In this document: piece by piece, positions 1 through 29,158 of the stretch | Layout: every line of letters begins with the position of its first letter | Numbering within the stretch: position 1 is the first letter of the stretch | Source: Lingula anatina | Lineage: Eukaryota > Animalia > Brachiopoda | NCBI GenBank assembly: GCA_051362555.1 | Contig: CM120641.1 | Span: 21,204,001-21,268,000 of the forward strand | Direction of reading: 5' to 3' | Length of the DNA stretch: 64,000 bases | Program-made: the position numbers and the translations under genes | The notes under the pieces: model-generated | The model's input: the letters and a program-made list of their open reading frames with translations, nothing else | The model's database searches: none | Told to the model about the DNA's origin: nothing

Positions 1-16479
<16,479 letters not shown>

Positions 16480-19157
16480 GATTTAAAGGCAATCAGATAA
16501 GAGACAGAGCAAAAAGAACAAAGCGATCAGTATCAATCCAGAAGTTCTGGAACAAAATATATGAAAATACACTTTTTCATATGAAAATCATATATAAACT
16601 AAATACATTTTATTAGTATTATGCTAGTAGTGCAGTTATTACATAAGAAAATTGTTTTTCTGCATAAAGAATGCAGTGAAAGCTACTGGTTTGGTGCTTT
16701 CTTTTATTTATTTCAGTTTTTTGCACAAACTGTGGTGCAAAAGCTCAAGCTTTATTATTGTTATTCTGAGTGCAAAGACAGAAGTATGGATTGCAACCCT
16801 TCTTAAAAATTTGAAAAGAGAGGGCTCAAATATAAGTTGATGAATATGTGCTGGAAAGACCATGCTTATAGTTTTAGAATGAGTCATTTTAGAAATTCGT
16901 CCTACTTTATCTTACCTTATGATAAGTTGAATGTGTCTAATTTATGAATGAAAGATTTTCATATTCACTTAAGTTTATATCTGTATTGTGGCAGCACTGA
17001 TTATCATGACCTTGTACAATATAATATAATATAATATTATTAATGTTATATTACAACCACCAAATATAATTTGGCTGAAGCAATCGTGTGATAAAGAAAA
17101 TGGATCTGAATGCATTCAATATGTATTTTGGCTGGTTGAAATGGGTAAATAATGGAGGGATGAAACTATGTGATGTGAGAACTTATTGTAAGAAGTATGA
17201 TATCGGTATCTAGTGGTGAGATTATAGGTCTTGCAGCCAGTTATTTGTTATTTTAGCATTAAACTGTTGTTGAATATAAGTTTTTGTTATTGAAAATAAG
17301 TGGAAGAATGATTTTCCATCAACCCCTGTGGGTTGCATAATTAATCTTATATGAAAGCATCTAAATCTTCCTCATTTACTTTTAAAGTCATCTTTTTTGG
17401 TGGAGCTTGAAATACCATAATTCACCATTCATGTCATTAAGTTTTGGTTCATGGAACCTGTTGGGGAATAACAAAAATATAGAATTCAGGTGTTAAATCT
17501 ACGTTATTTTGGATGTTTATAAATCAATGAAATATATAGCTTAAATATTGTTAACTAAGTGTGGTGTTATGAATCTTATTTACGTCCCACTAATTTTATG
17601 TTTTTATAAACGATATCTTTTACTTTGTAGATAAATGAAATCTATAGAGCCTTGCAAATGATTACACCATCACACACACTCACACACACAGTAATAGAAA
17701 CTTTGACAAGCTTCTTAGGGAGTATTCATACTCACACATGGTACTAGCTGGATCGGTCCAAGTCTGCAGAGGATTTTCGGGGGTAATTAATGAACTATCA
17801 TGTGCTGATTAAGCTGATTTTTTTTTTTTTGTTTTTTTTTTTTAGAATCCCCAGCCGCAGAGTTGGATCAACCCAGTTAGTGTGAATCTGAATATGGTCT
17901 CAGAGAAAAACGTCTTGAAACAAATTTTATAAGTGAAAGCCTCTCTGATATCCAAGACACTAACTAAAACTAGCATAGAAGATATCTTAATTAATTTGGA
18001 TCAAGTAAGATCATTAAATTACGTCTAGTAGCATATTAAACATACAAAAAACAAAAAAAAACTGCGGTCTTTCAACCGGTGCAACATTCACAACCGACGT
18101 TCAGAGTGGGTTATGCCGCTTGACTTTTTATGGCAGTATCCATGTATTGAAAGTTGGCTCATTTCCATAGTAGGTTATCCGCAACTCCAATCTCTTCTTC
18201 CTCAGTTCCCTTTAAAATATTTTTGACTACCGCCATCGGCCCCTTGCAAACCCGGTTTCATGTTTTTTCTTTATTGTCAAAATGTTTTTTTTTAGTTTGT
18301 TTGCTTGATTGTTTGTTTGTTTTTTCTTGAATAGAAAATTTTAAATGGCTGAGTTTGGGGACGGCGGTTATCACCCGGCTTTGTAAAATACATCGTACCA
18401 TCGCAAATGTCCTCTCCAGACGCAGTGAACCTAAAGAAAAATTGCACTTTGATAACTAAAGTCATAAGCCAGCCAGCAAAATTGTAAATTTTCCTCTTTT
18501 TCGCAGTTTTGGGAAAAGTTGTCCCCGATAAACCATAAGTTCAAACAGCATGACACCCCAAGGGAATATCAACGTGCTCTCCAAGAAGCTGAACCAGCCA
18601 TGAGTACCTCTGGAGTCGTTGTCTTGTGGGGGGCAAAGTCCATAAATCGCAACCCATGGATACTCTGCCCAGCCACATTTGCCAGCTGACTCATGTGACT
18701 GTATCTGTTCAGTCACTGCTGGTTGGTTCAGTCCATTTCTTAGGAGGTTTCAGTTTCAAATCCCAAGGTGGGTAATCACACACAGTAACAGCATCACCCA
18801 GCGTCCTAGGGCTCATTCCCATTGAAACTACTGTTGTACGTAGATCGATTAACACGCCCCCCCCCCCCCCCCCCGGCGTTGATTTGAATAGAGAATACGA
18901 GTACGTTGGGAAAATAAAAGGAGGCGTGTTATTCTGTTAACCTGATTGCATTCAGCGATAGTCCCCACGAGTTGGATCAAACCGGTACGATAGTTTAATT
19001 GGGAACATACCCTTATTCTCCTGAGTCTTCTCTGTATAAGTCATGTTGGCCGAGTTGGCCGTGAATTGTTTTGCAGGAGGATCGGCTTTGCGTTTTGGAC
19101 GTTTAAAGGCCATAAAGCAGTTACCATAACAACGTTCGTTTGGCATTCCTGAAGTTC

Positions 19158-20615
19158 CAGTCAGAAATTACTCGAAAATGTTCCCCTCCTGTAAAACGGT
19201 ATTAGTCTACATCCTTGTACAAATCAACACGTGGGGTTTTTATTGTCACTGACAAGAAAAGAATGTCTGATTTGGAAAATAATGAGCAGTATGACACTAA
19301 GAAAGTGTACTCCCATTACGATTGATTCATTTGAAAATGAGCAGGAATAATACAGATAATTTAAGTGATCTCGAGGACCCTCCAGAAAGGAAAAACTCGC
19401 CCGATTTACACAGCAGGCACAGCAAACGCTACACACGAGGCAGCAATTTTGCCTTAAACAATTTGAAAGCCAAACATACCAAAGCTTCTTATACAGACCA
19501 AGTAATACAGGAATCTAACTAACCCCGAAATTTCAAAAGCCACGTGCTGCAAACGGAAATAAGTTTACCTCTAGTTGGACGCAGCAAACCAATCCCAATT
19601 GAAACATTCCCCAAAGAACTGATGATTCAATATGACGCATTCAAAACGGCCGAACCGAACTGTGTGGACGAGGCGGACTTACACAAGTTTCGCAAACATC
19701 CTCTCAACGTTGAACTAATGCAATAGAGCGCCGAACAACTGAGGGGAGTAATACGGATAATTGACAATGGCGTCTTCAATAAGTCTATAAGGCGTTCCAA
19801 ATGTGGATGGAAGAGCCCTTTTGATGAAATAAAGTCAGAAAATTTATCGTCGACTGGTGCTGTCCATGTTGACATTCTCTGTCCTCTTATGGTTCCCGGT
19901 GGATACTCCTTCCAACATTTCTTAGACGGTATTCTACCGAAGATTGTCCAAGCCCTTGATTTATTGCGGAACAAAAGCGTAAAAATCTTGATACCTTTTA
20001 GTAGAGATGTAATTATATTGGAGATCTTGGAAGCACTTGGTATCGTAAAAGATATGATTCTTTTCCATGCTGGTAGAATTTATGCAGCAAGGTAGATGAT
20101 CTTAACTTGTATTACACCGCCATTACACCCGACCCTGTGGCAAAATGCACACAAACTCATGAACGCTCCTGAAAAACTCCCTGTACCTCGTGAGGAGGCA
20201 TATGTCATTTTGTTAACCAGAGTCATAATGGGGAAAGAAACATGCTGAATCAGATAGAAGTTCTAGCATTCCTAGATAAAAGGTACGGGAAAGACAGAGT
20301 AAAAGTCTACCCGGTAAAGTACAACCTTACAACATCTGTGAGCGTTTTTGGGCGTGCGCGAGTCCTGATTGGTGTTCACGGAAGCTCCCTCTATATCGAA
20401 AATCTAAATTTTGCCTCAAGTGACGTCAGCGTTGTAGAAATACTTCCGTTAGGTGGCGCAGGTAACCCTCTGCCCCAGGGAATCGCTCACACGATCTTTT
20501 GGTCCATGTGCAATATGTTGAATCATTCATATTGGAGAATTTATAATAAAGCGGTAACGTAATTGTTGACCTCGTCAAATTGGGCCGGGTTTTGGACAGG
20601 ATTGATATTTTTTAA
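19158..20615 (+). pseudogene. Intronless glycosyltransferase family 61 (DUF563-like) pseudogene
   Basis: Main frame carries stops at 19520 (TAA), 19724 (TAG) and 20093 (TAG), with frameshifts near 20222 and 20555. Motifs YSFQHFLDGILPK, VILLTR..RNMLNQIE, ARVLIGVHGSSL..NLNF, VVEILP and NVIVDL match the GT61 pattern NYxHxxxDxLP / RxxxNxxE / IGxHGAGLxN / VIE. The 5' boundary is uncertain. Confidence 0.8.
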
Positions 20616-21077
20616 CAAATTAGTATAATTTATTATAGGTTTGATATCTAAATAAAGACTGCAGGAAAAAAATCAAACTATTAAACGTAATAATAACTTC
20701 CAGTCTTGAAAATAATGTATTTTTAAAATATTTTCTCGAATGCTTTCTTTTCTTTTCTTTTTTTCTTCTTTTTTTTTTTTTAAACATACCTACGTGCTTC
20801 TTCATTTTTGTGAACGTTCTCTGTGCATTTTGTTTCATTATTCTCAAAGTTTTGTGCTGGTTAAATAGTTTTTCATACATGTTTAAGTCGAAATAGAAAT
20901 AAAATCAAATGAATATAAACAGAGAAGGATAAATAATGTTTTCTTTATCCATAACACTGAAACAAAGTAAAGTTACTACACGCTAACAATATTTTATTGG
21001 TGAAATACAAGGATAGGTATATGTGAACATCGATTGTATTTGATAGATGCATTGATAGCGTAAATGAGCACTTTAAA

Positions 21078-21147
21078 TAATATAATATAATATAATATAA
21101 TATAATATAATATAATATAATATAATATAATATAATATAATATAATA
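21078..21147. repeat. (TATAA)n microsatellite
   Basis: About 14 perfect pentamer units. Confidence 0.95.
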
Positions 21148-21322
21148 TCTGTTTAAAATGCGAAATTATTGACTTGCTTTTGGCTTATTCTCGGCATCAG
21201 TACTAAGAAAATGCCTAAAATGTCTAATTCTAAAGTTATGCTACCACATATAAATTTGCTTAAATAGTAAACACTCTGGAATTAATAATTCGTCCGCAAA
21301 GATCAATTATACGCTACATATA

Positions 21323-21538
21323 CACACACTGGACAATAGAAGTGTCACCCCTACTGAACCAATACTTTGGGGGAGATAAATGACTGTGGAATGATATGCT
21401 CCTGGTATCATTTTATTAACATCAAATTTCACAAAAAAATTATAACTACTCAAGATCTGCCTACTTTGATTATTGATAACTTGGTTATTATTTGATTACT
21501 CTGATTCAGGGGCTGACACTTCTATTGTCCATTGTATG
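21323..21538. mobile_element. Tc1/mariner-type MITE, copy 1
   Basis: TIR cacacactggacaatagaagtgtcacccc ... ggggctgacacttctattgtccattgtatg, TA on the left flank, homologous to the copy at 26251. Confidence 0.85.
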
Positions 21539-21910
21539 TTATTACTAGACACATACAGTGCACACTTGCTCAATTATGGAACATTTCGAAAGATACGGAT
21601 ATAACCATTGCTTCAAAAATGTGATAATTAAAATGGATGCTTTTGCTATAAAACTTCTAATAATCAAACCATGCCAATCCACTGTAAGATACGGTCTATA
21701 AATACCCTCAACACTCAGAATGTAAAATAGGTGGCTTTCAAATGCCAAATAACCGCCCCCCCCCCCAAAAAAAAAAAAATAAAAAATCAGATTACAAAAC
21801 CATTGTTATTTAACTAAACAAAAAATGTAAAATTACAACAATTAATATTTAAATAGCCAAAGCAGTACCCCATCCTATATTTATCCTTTCATGGGCTTCT
21901 TTTTTCATAC

Positions 21911-24900
21911 CTAGAAAACCCACGTCGCTGCCACCATCGCCATTAGCATTAATAGTCCTTTGGTACCGGCTTGAATAATTCCTCGGTTGTGCTTTGGGGT
22001 TGAGATCGTGGTCGCACCATAAAATGGCGTCATGGAGCCGTCTTTGGGGGCGTTCGCCGAGCAGGCAGAGAACGACGCTGCACGTATTCCTACGGGTCCA
22101 CCGGGCATATCCAACTGCACATTTTGCAGAGCATTTTCCATCCATGCTTGTACTTTGTCGAAAACGTCCTGACCTTCCTCGTAGTTTGCAAGCCTCGCGT
22201 GAAGGACGAGCCTTGTTTGAACGAGGAAAGTGATGGACACGTTCTCCCCGCTGTGTTTCGGACTGCAGGAAACAGTACGCGCATCAACAGCTCGCAATAC
22301 CTCTCTCATTCGACCATCACGGATAATATCCGTACAGCCACCCCCCGGTGTTGGAATCCAGCCGCAGGGTTCAAAATGCAAGTAAACCGTTGACTCTAAT
22401 ACCGTGAAATTGTACAGAAGAGGGCCACAGCCCTGATCATCTGGAATATACCCAAGGGGACAAAGCTCCTGATCTATAGCCTGGAAAAAAGAGAACGTGT
22501 GCGGAAGCGTGGTACATGTATACTATTCAATAACAAATGTGTTACGTAGCAACATAACAGTTGAGCTAACGTACATGTATTTACGATAACGGCAGTCCAT
22601 GACCATAAAAAAAAACCAACACAAAACTGCTTACAGTAATGGCATTAAAATGTTAACATATCAAACTAGGAAAAGAATTTAAAAAGTAACAACTAATGTG
22701 TTTGTTTACTTGCAATTTTTATTATCGTATTTTTTTTATCGTAATTTGCTTTCTTACCAAATCCATGAGGTCGTTCATTTGTTTCCTGTCTGGATCTCCA
22801 ACGTGCAACAAAGAGCGGAAAGAGAAGCCACTGAATTTCACATACGACGATGCGGAGCTTTGGTCTGAATATAACATTTAACAGTAAATTAAGTACAGTG
22901 TTTTTTAACTCGGCGAACATTGTAAGCTACACGTTGCGGGATGATCTCGTAGTTATAGTTTTAAAATACTAGGATTGTTCGGGCTTGAAGGCGAAACTAT
23001 CTCGAGTCAGCCGATGCTTCAAGACTCGACCGTGAGCCCGGTCGCTCAGCTAAATTAAAATAGGGTTTTGTAATGATAGCCTACTAGTATACCTTTCCTC
23101 TTTGAAAGGGAAAAGGTTCCAGTCTAAATCTTCAAGTCATGGGCAAGGAATATGAGGTTAGCGGACCCAAAAGTAATTACTTTGGGACATTTGGGATATA
23201 TATATTATATATTTTACACTCGCAAAAAATGGAATAGCATCCTTAACGTCTTAGAGCTCATTCTCAACGAAACCTACGTAGCTCTACGTAGATCTTTATG
23301 TGCTGCTCGGCAGTAAATATACTTTTGGAAAATTATCTCCATCCAGTTTCTGCTTGCTACTGCAGGAGAACGGAAATGAATCACCTATAGTATTCAAAAG
23401 ATAAATTTAAAAAATGAACAGCAAAACGCACCACTTACCTTCGCAGACTTTAACTTCACCTATATAACAAAGTACACAGTGAAAGTTCTTGTAACTTTGA
23501 TCCAAACCGCTTATGACAACAGGGTTGCTGTACGCCATACAGGCATCTCGTAATGCTGAGTGCAGTGGGAGTGGACGAGGCAAACGGTATGCGCTTCCAT
23601 TGATATATCTGAACCGACAAGGTCCAAACGCATGGTTCTCAACATCCCTGAAGCAAGTCTTCACATTCCATTCCTGTTTGGGCTGAAACATACCACTGCA
23701 ACCGGCAGCTTCCAGTTTTCTTAAAACACAAGATGAAGACCTGCAATTAACAAAATTCCTAGCGTCTTCCCCCAGGCAGTAGACGACAAGTTCCCACGGG
23801 TCCCAGCCGTTCTCGACACCATTACATGCTGCACAGTACTTGTTTCTGAAGGTGATCATTGTATCTGGGTTGGTGACTGGCCGGTGCAAGAGGGCGTCCT
23901 TTGAGAGACTGGCATTTGATATATCAGTACACTTGATTCGACTTTCTTCTTCTTGCCAAGATGACGGGCATTCGTCAACCATCCAAAAACTCAGTCCAAA
24001 AGTGTCCAAATAGGGTAAGTTGGTTTGTTGGATTTGTCGATGTAGTGTTGGGCTTCTTCTACAAGAGCTTTTATGTGCCACGGAAATAGCCGCAGGGTCG
24101 ACTTGTTTTTTCTGTCTTATCCAAGAGGACGTTTTGTTAGAACATGCAGTAGAAGTGGTGTTGCTACTGGGAGTTTCTGTTATTTTCCATGCAGGAGTTG
24201 CTACAAGTTGCAAGGTATTTTTCGCCTTTGTTAACCGGACAGAGGCGGCGCACACCGTCATATTTTCAGTCAACCCATAACAGCAGTCGCCATACAAGAC
24301 GCACAGAGAGTCGCAGTTGCAGTGGACCTTGATGCTGCTTTCACGTTTTCCCCGCACAGCACATAGCCATCTATTCGGAGGCAACCTCTCGTCAGAGAAA
24401 GAAGAGAACCCCTTTGCTGATTCTGAGGATTCACTTCTGTTGTTCGATCTTTCAAGTAGGATATCCTCTTGGTTAAGCGGCTCCGGCGTGATTCCCTCGT
24501 GCATTCTACACTCAGTAGTGGCCGATTCCTGGGTGATTCTTTCGTGCTTTTCACTCTCAGTAGTGGCCGATTCCTGCGTGATTCTTTCGTGCATTTCACC
24601 CTCAGTAGTAGCCGATTCTTGTGTGAATCCCTCGTGCATTTCACCCTCACTAGTGGTCGATTCCTGCGTGATTCCCACGCGCATTCCATCCTCATTAGTG
24701 GCCGATTCCTGTGTGGTTCCCTCGTGCATTCCACCCTCAGTAGTGGCCGATTCCTGCGTGATTCCCTCGTGCATTCCGCCCTCAGTTGTGGCCGATTCCA
24801 GCGTGACTCCCTCGTGCATTCCACCCTCAGTAGGGAGAGAAATTGTTGTTTCTTCTGGTACCCCACTTCCAGAAAAGTGTGTTTCCCTAGTGAACCCCGC

Positions 24901-25032
24901 AAGCGGCCAAATCTCTAGATTGGATGACTCTTGTGTGGATCCAGCGGTGTGACCATTTTCTAGAATCATGAACAGCATAACAGCCGTATGCTGTACAAAG
25001 GCCAGTATGCATAAAGTATTGCGGATGATCAT
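21911..25032 (-). CDS. Secreted/GPI-anchored SMB-domain Cys-rich surface protein (~756 aa) with N-terminal 15-aa repeats
   Basis: Exons 25032-23439 (ATG; donor G|gtaagt), 22864-22758 (attcag|...ttg|gtaaga) and 22480-21911 (ttttttccag|...TAG) join in frame. Signal-like MIIRNTLCILAFVQHTAVMLFMIL; SMB motif CNCDSLCVLYGDCC; Cys motifs VDECPSSW, PVT..TMITFRNKYCAACNG, CMAYSNPV..YKNFHCVLC; hydrophobic C-terminus LLMLMAMVAATWVF*. Confidence 0.85.
24488..24832 (-). repeat. 45-bp coding tandem repeat, ~7.7 copies (EGGMHEGITQESATT)
   Basis: Plus-strand unit gtgattccctcgtgcattccaccctcagtagtggccgattcctgc repeated head to tail. Confidence 0.95.
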
Positions 25033-26250
25033 CGCGTTTCCGAATAAAGAAATATGTGACAGCGTTCTTTGAATTATATATTCCACTCACGATCCCTTGG
25101 TAAAAATTGTCACAACTCAGCAGCAGCGTTGCATCCATCTTAGCCAATGAGTTAGATGCATTTCGAGATGCCATTTGACAGAATAACAGTAGGTGTATAA
25201 TCGGTTTCTTATTTCGAGTTTTCCATTTCGTAGAAGCGGTCGGTAGTGATAATTAATTTAATGGTGGCCCTTGCGTTACTGCTAAACCAGAGGATGGGGG
25301 ATCCTGTTACCAGTTGCTTAACCAATGGACGTATGAACTGAGCTAAACAACAACCGACGATATTATAAAATTGCATGAATGTCGATATTTAATTCCATGC
25401 AGCCCTCAGAACCTCTATAAAACCAATTAATTCAGCGAAATAATTTTACCTAATTTTTATAATCATAATCATAATAATAATAATAATGAATATTTTAAAA
25501 ATGACATATTTGCCAGACGAATTTTTAATAGATTTACATGTCTGCCCATTTCAGATGGAACTGATGGTTTTATAAAGTAATAAGGCTGCAGAGGGTTTAT
25601 AAAAAGCGTAACTTTAAACAATGACGTCTTCACTTTATGCGAATAGCGCGGAATCGCCATGCTCGCGCCCGTGCGCAACATCTTTCGGGCCCAGATTAGC
25701 CGTAAGGTAACGGTATGAAAGATTTTCAGCTAGTGTTTGATAATTTTCTTTTCTTTTTCTTTTCTTTTTCGTCTTCATTTTTTTTTTTTTTTTTTAAGAA
25801 CAGGCGAAAACCAGCTTTTGGTAAAACCTTTTTAGTTATGACGCAGTGCTAACGTTGTCTGGAAGATTATTTGTATGTAGTTACAGTGATTAAGATATCA
25901 TTCGTTATTCATGGTAGGCGTACTCAATTAGCACGCATTTTAGGCCGTATTTTATAACAGCTTTCATTTGTGTCTTGAAACAAATCTAAGGGACAATCTT
26001 CTTATAGCCATTAGAACAAAAGTTTTTCATCGCTCATTTGTATCTGGTAACAGTAATTGAACTAATTGTACTAATTACTTGCAAAAGAATTATCTTATTT
26101 TTTAATTCATGGCAATACGATATGTCAAAAACGTCTTATTTGAAAGATGCATATGAAGTCAATTTTTTCCACAAAAGCCAACTTCAGAGTCTACCATTTA
26201 TTTATTCTTGATAACTGAGGTTGCACACCACTGTGTCAAGTCAGAACATA

Positions 26251-26490
26251 CACACAGACTGGACAACAGAAGTGTCACCCCTACTGAACCAATAATTTGG
26301 GGGATATAAATGACTGCGGAATGATATGCTCCTGGTATCATTTTATTAACATCAAATTTCACAAAAAGACCAACAATACAAGCCCATGATACAGCGGTTT
26401 TATACTCATTAGTCACATTATAAGTAGACCAGGCATTATAACTTTGATTACTCTGATCCAGGGGGTGACACTTCTATTGTCCAGTGTGTG
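26251..26490. mobile_element. Tc1/mariner-type MITE, copy 2
   Basis: TA|cacacagactggacaacagaagtgtcacccc ... gggggtgacacttctattgtccagtgtgtg|TA; the first ~115 bp are nearly identical to copy 1. Confidence 0.88.
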
Positions 26491-28711
26491 TACCAACATA
26501 GTTTTAAACAGCATAACTAATATAAACAACAGTGATAACAAACGACTCTTTTTCATATTAGCCCCCAAAAAATTGACATTTGAATGTATTTTTTTCTGTG
26601 CTTGCTTTCTGTGCTGTATATAAACTGACCAAAATGTGAAGAAGGTACAGCTTACAGCTCTTTTGGGTGATCGAGTGAATAATTCAGTTTGTCCCTTGGC
26701 ATGTCGACTAAGTCACTTCATTTGAGTCGTATAAAAACAAGTAGAAGTGGTTTATATGCGTCACTTGGAATCCACGCTCCACCGTTGCTCGCTCCATATG
26801 TAAATTTTGTCAAAGTTTAGTAAAATTATTTGTTTGAGCTAATTATAATATCCGAAGAAGTAAGTTGTAAATTTATTTTATTCATCAGGAAAAAAAAAAC
26901 AAGTCTGAAATGTAGCTTTCAACTGTAAAAGGATCAAGTTCATTCAATAATAATGGTCCTATCTCCTGTTAAGTTGAAAATTATGTTATGTGAATATACC
27001 CATTTAACACATATTTTTGACAGAATTTTACTCTGTAATGAATTTCACTCTGTATTTCAGTGTTTTGCCGAATCCCTGCATTATATAATGATCCCTTTTA
27101 TGTCGCAAATATATGTCTTCAACCAAATCTGAAGAATAATCCGTTGGAAGAGACATCTTTCATTACTCTATTATAGGGCCTAAGTAGTAATTGTGATTCA
27201 GTAATTACTTGCCAAGGTATTAGAGGCAATTCAGTATCACAGACATGAAACAGAAGAATAATCTTGGATCCACTGGCAGCTATTTCAAATCTATTTAGAA
27301 TCTCCTTTGTGTCCAGATTCCCGCACTTTGAAGGGAATGTTTGGCTTAAAGATTCTCAATTTACAGCGTCCAGCAAAAACTGGTTGCTTATCTCTTAGAA
27401 AAAAAACATGAATTAACTTTGAATGTCGGAATGGATTCATTAACCAGTGGTTAATAAGAAAAATCGTTATTTTGCCCAAGTTTTTTCCCCGAAACGAACG
27501 GTTGTTATCCTTTTAACCTGGTATGGCTGTTGACTTCTAAGGGGCTTAGGCTTACTGGGGTTCCTGAAGCAGTTTAAAACCTCTTTTTAAGGAACTAAGA
27601 AAGAGGAACTACTTGATTAGTCCACTTGGGATAGTGTCCTTAATAAAGAACAAGTATGTACGCCCTTTAAAGTGAATATTAATTTAAGTAAAACCTGCAT
27701 TATTTTCAAAGAATTATTAACGATTAATATTCTGATTACAGTGGCAAAAAAATTATATAAGATGCGGACAAAAGTATTCAGTGAATATAATAAATGCATT
27801 CTGATGGTGGCAAGACCGAATAGGCCTATATGGTTGGCTTGGAGCGAAATACACACAATGTAGCATACACGTTTGAAACAAAAGAGACAAACTTATTAAT
27901 TACATCAGTAACTTTCATTGAAATTGCTTTAACGAATGTAAATTAAAATCAGTCTGTGTAGATCGAATTTAAGCGAAGAACAAGTCAATATCCGAAAACC
28001 TTAGCTGACATCGCGGACCTCTGGGCGTTAAAACGAGTAGAGGGAAATAATCTGAATTTACTTCAGTGGAGGTATTATGAGACACAACAAGATGAAGATC
28101 TTACTAGTTTGGGGATCCCGCGAAGACTGATCAACACGTTGTTCGTTTTGATATCAAAATGGATTATGCCCCGTTGATGTAAATGATCAATAGCCATACA
28201 GACGCACGTGGCAATTTTTTTTCACCATCAGAAGAGGAACTGCGTCGCTAAGATATTTAAGAAAAGGGACACATTTTGTCGTATAGCGCGATTCTTACAA
28301 AACATACAATTGTAAGATCAAACAAGATAAAATAGAAATGTAAAAAAAAAATCTCAAAAGAGAAATAGAAATATCTCACAAAAATCTTCCCCAATACTCC
28401 TGCAGAATCTCCCTGTCCATTAGGCAAAATTCGGATAATAAGGAGGGGAATTCCGGTCCAACGGCATAGGAATATGCGAGTCTGGGAACGATTTTTACAC
28501 ATTTCAATAGGTCATATTGTCATCGAATAAACCACACATACATACCGGGTGAACGAAAAGAATGAAGTTGTACAGCGAGATATTTCATCGTGTTATAAAT
28601 GATATTTTTGAGACCCCAAAGTTAAAGTAAGTGACATTTTATTTGTCAGAAATTAATTTTTACTTATAATTGCTCCCAAATGAATATTATGAACCGGTTT
28701 CAAAAAACAGG

Positions 28712-28836
28712 CCACGTTCACGATTCACGGGAATTGGGGTGCTTCACGAATCGCGCTAAATAAAATGAACGTTTCACGCTGCTAGGGAAATAAAAAGTGG
28801 CTTTCACGGGTAACGAAAATACCCAATGGGACCCTC
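28712..28836. mobile_element. Fragment of a non-autonomous DNA element with TTCACG subrepeats
   Basis: Several ttcacg motifs ending in a putative terminus aatacccaatgggaccctc; the partner end was not found. Confidence 0.35.
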
Positions 28837-29158
28837 ACTGCAGTAACAACCTCTCACCTAAAATGAGCCATACCATCTGTAATTTGTATAAAAATAAGTT
28901 GCTCGTCGTTGTGCGAACTGTTTTCCTGCATGCTCACTTGGCAGTTGGGCACGGTGGGGTGCAGACGCAAAAGTACTGGCATATGCGTGGTGCAGTCTCA
29001 AGATCCAGCTTTTACTAGTATAAAGCGTAGAAGCAAATGCAAGTCCGTCTGTGAGTATCACCATTTCTAAGCTTCTTATCCAAGGATAAGTGCGTCCCGT
29101 CGACGTGTATATTAATTCCATCGTCAAATTTTATCAACAAAACAAACGTCTCTTTTGC

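Noticed and set aside
18460-18850. tRNA or SINE-like element
   Set aside because: Only a weak B-box-like gtttcaaatccc; no cloverleaf, clear A box, tail or TSD.
19520-20095. Stop-codon readthrough or selenocysteine recoding in the glycosyltransferase
   Set aside because: The stops are a mix of TAA and TAG and are accompanied by frameshifts, which indicates decay, not recoding.
24488-24832. Repeat array as a CRISPR locus
   Set aside because: Units are contiguous with no unique spacers, the array is protein-coding, there are no cas genes, and the DNA is eukaryotic.
24270-24952. Three extra long ORFs overlapping the SMB gene on both strands
   Set aside because: They are by-products of the stop-free 45-bp tandem repeat; only the 559-aa frame continues into recognisable domains.
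25033-25174. Upstream start (GTG 25086) or upstream coding exon MASRNAS... with donor at 25090
   Set aside because: GTG starts are not expected here, and the donor phase does not match the candidate acceptor at 24960; ATG 25032 gives a signal peptide directly.
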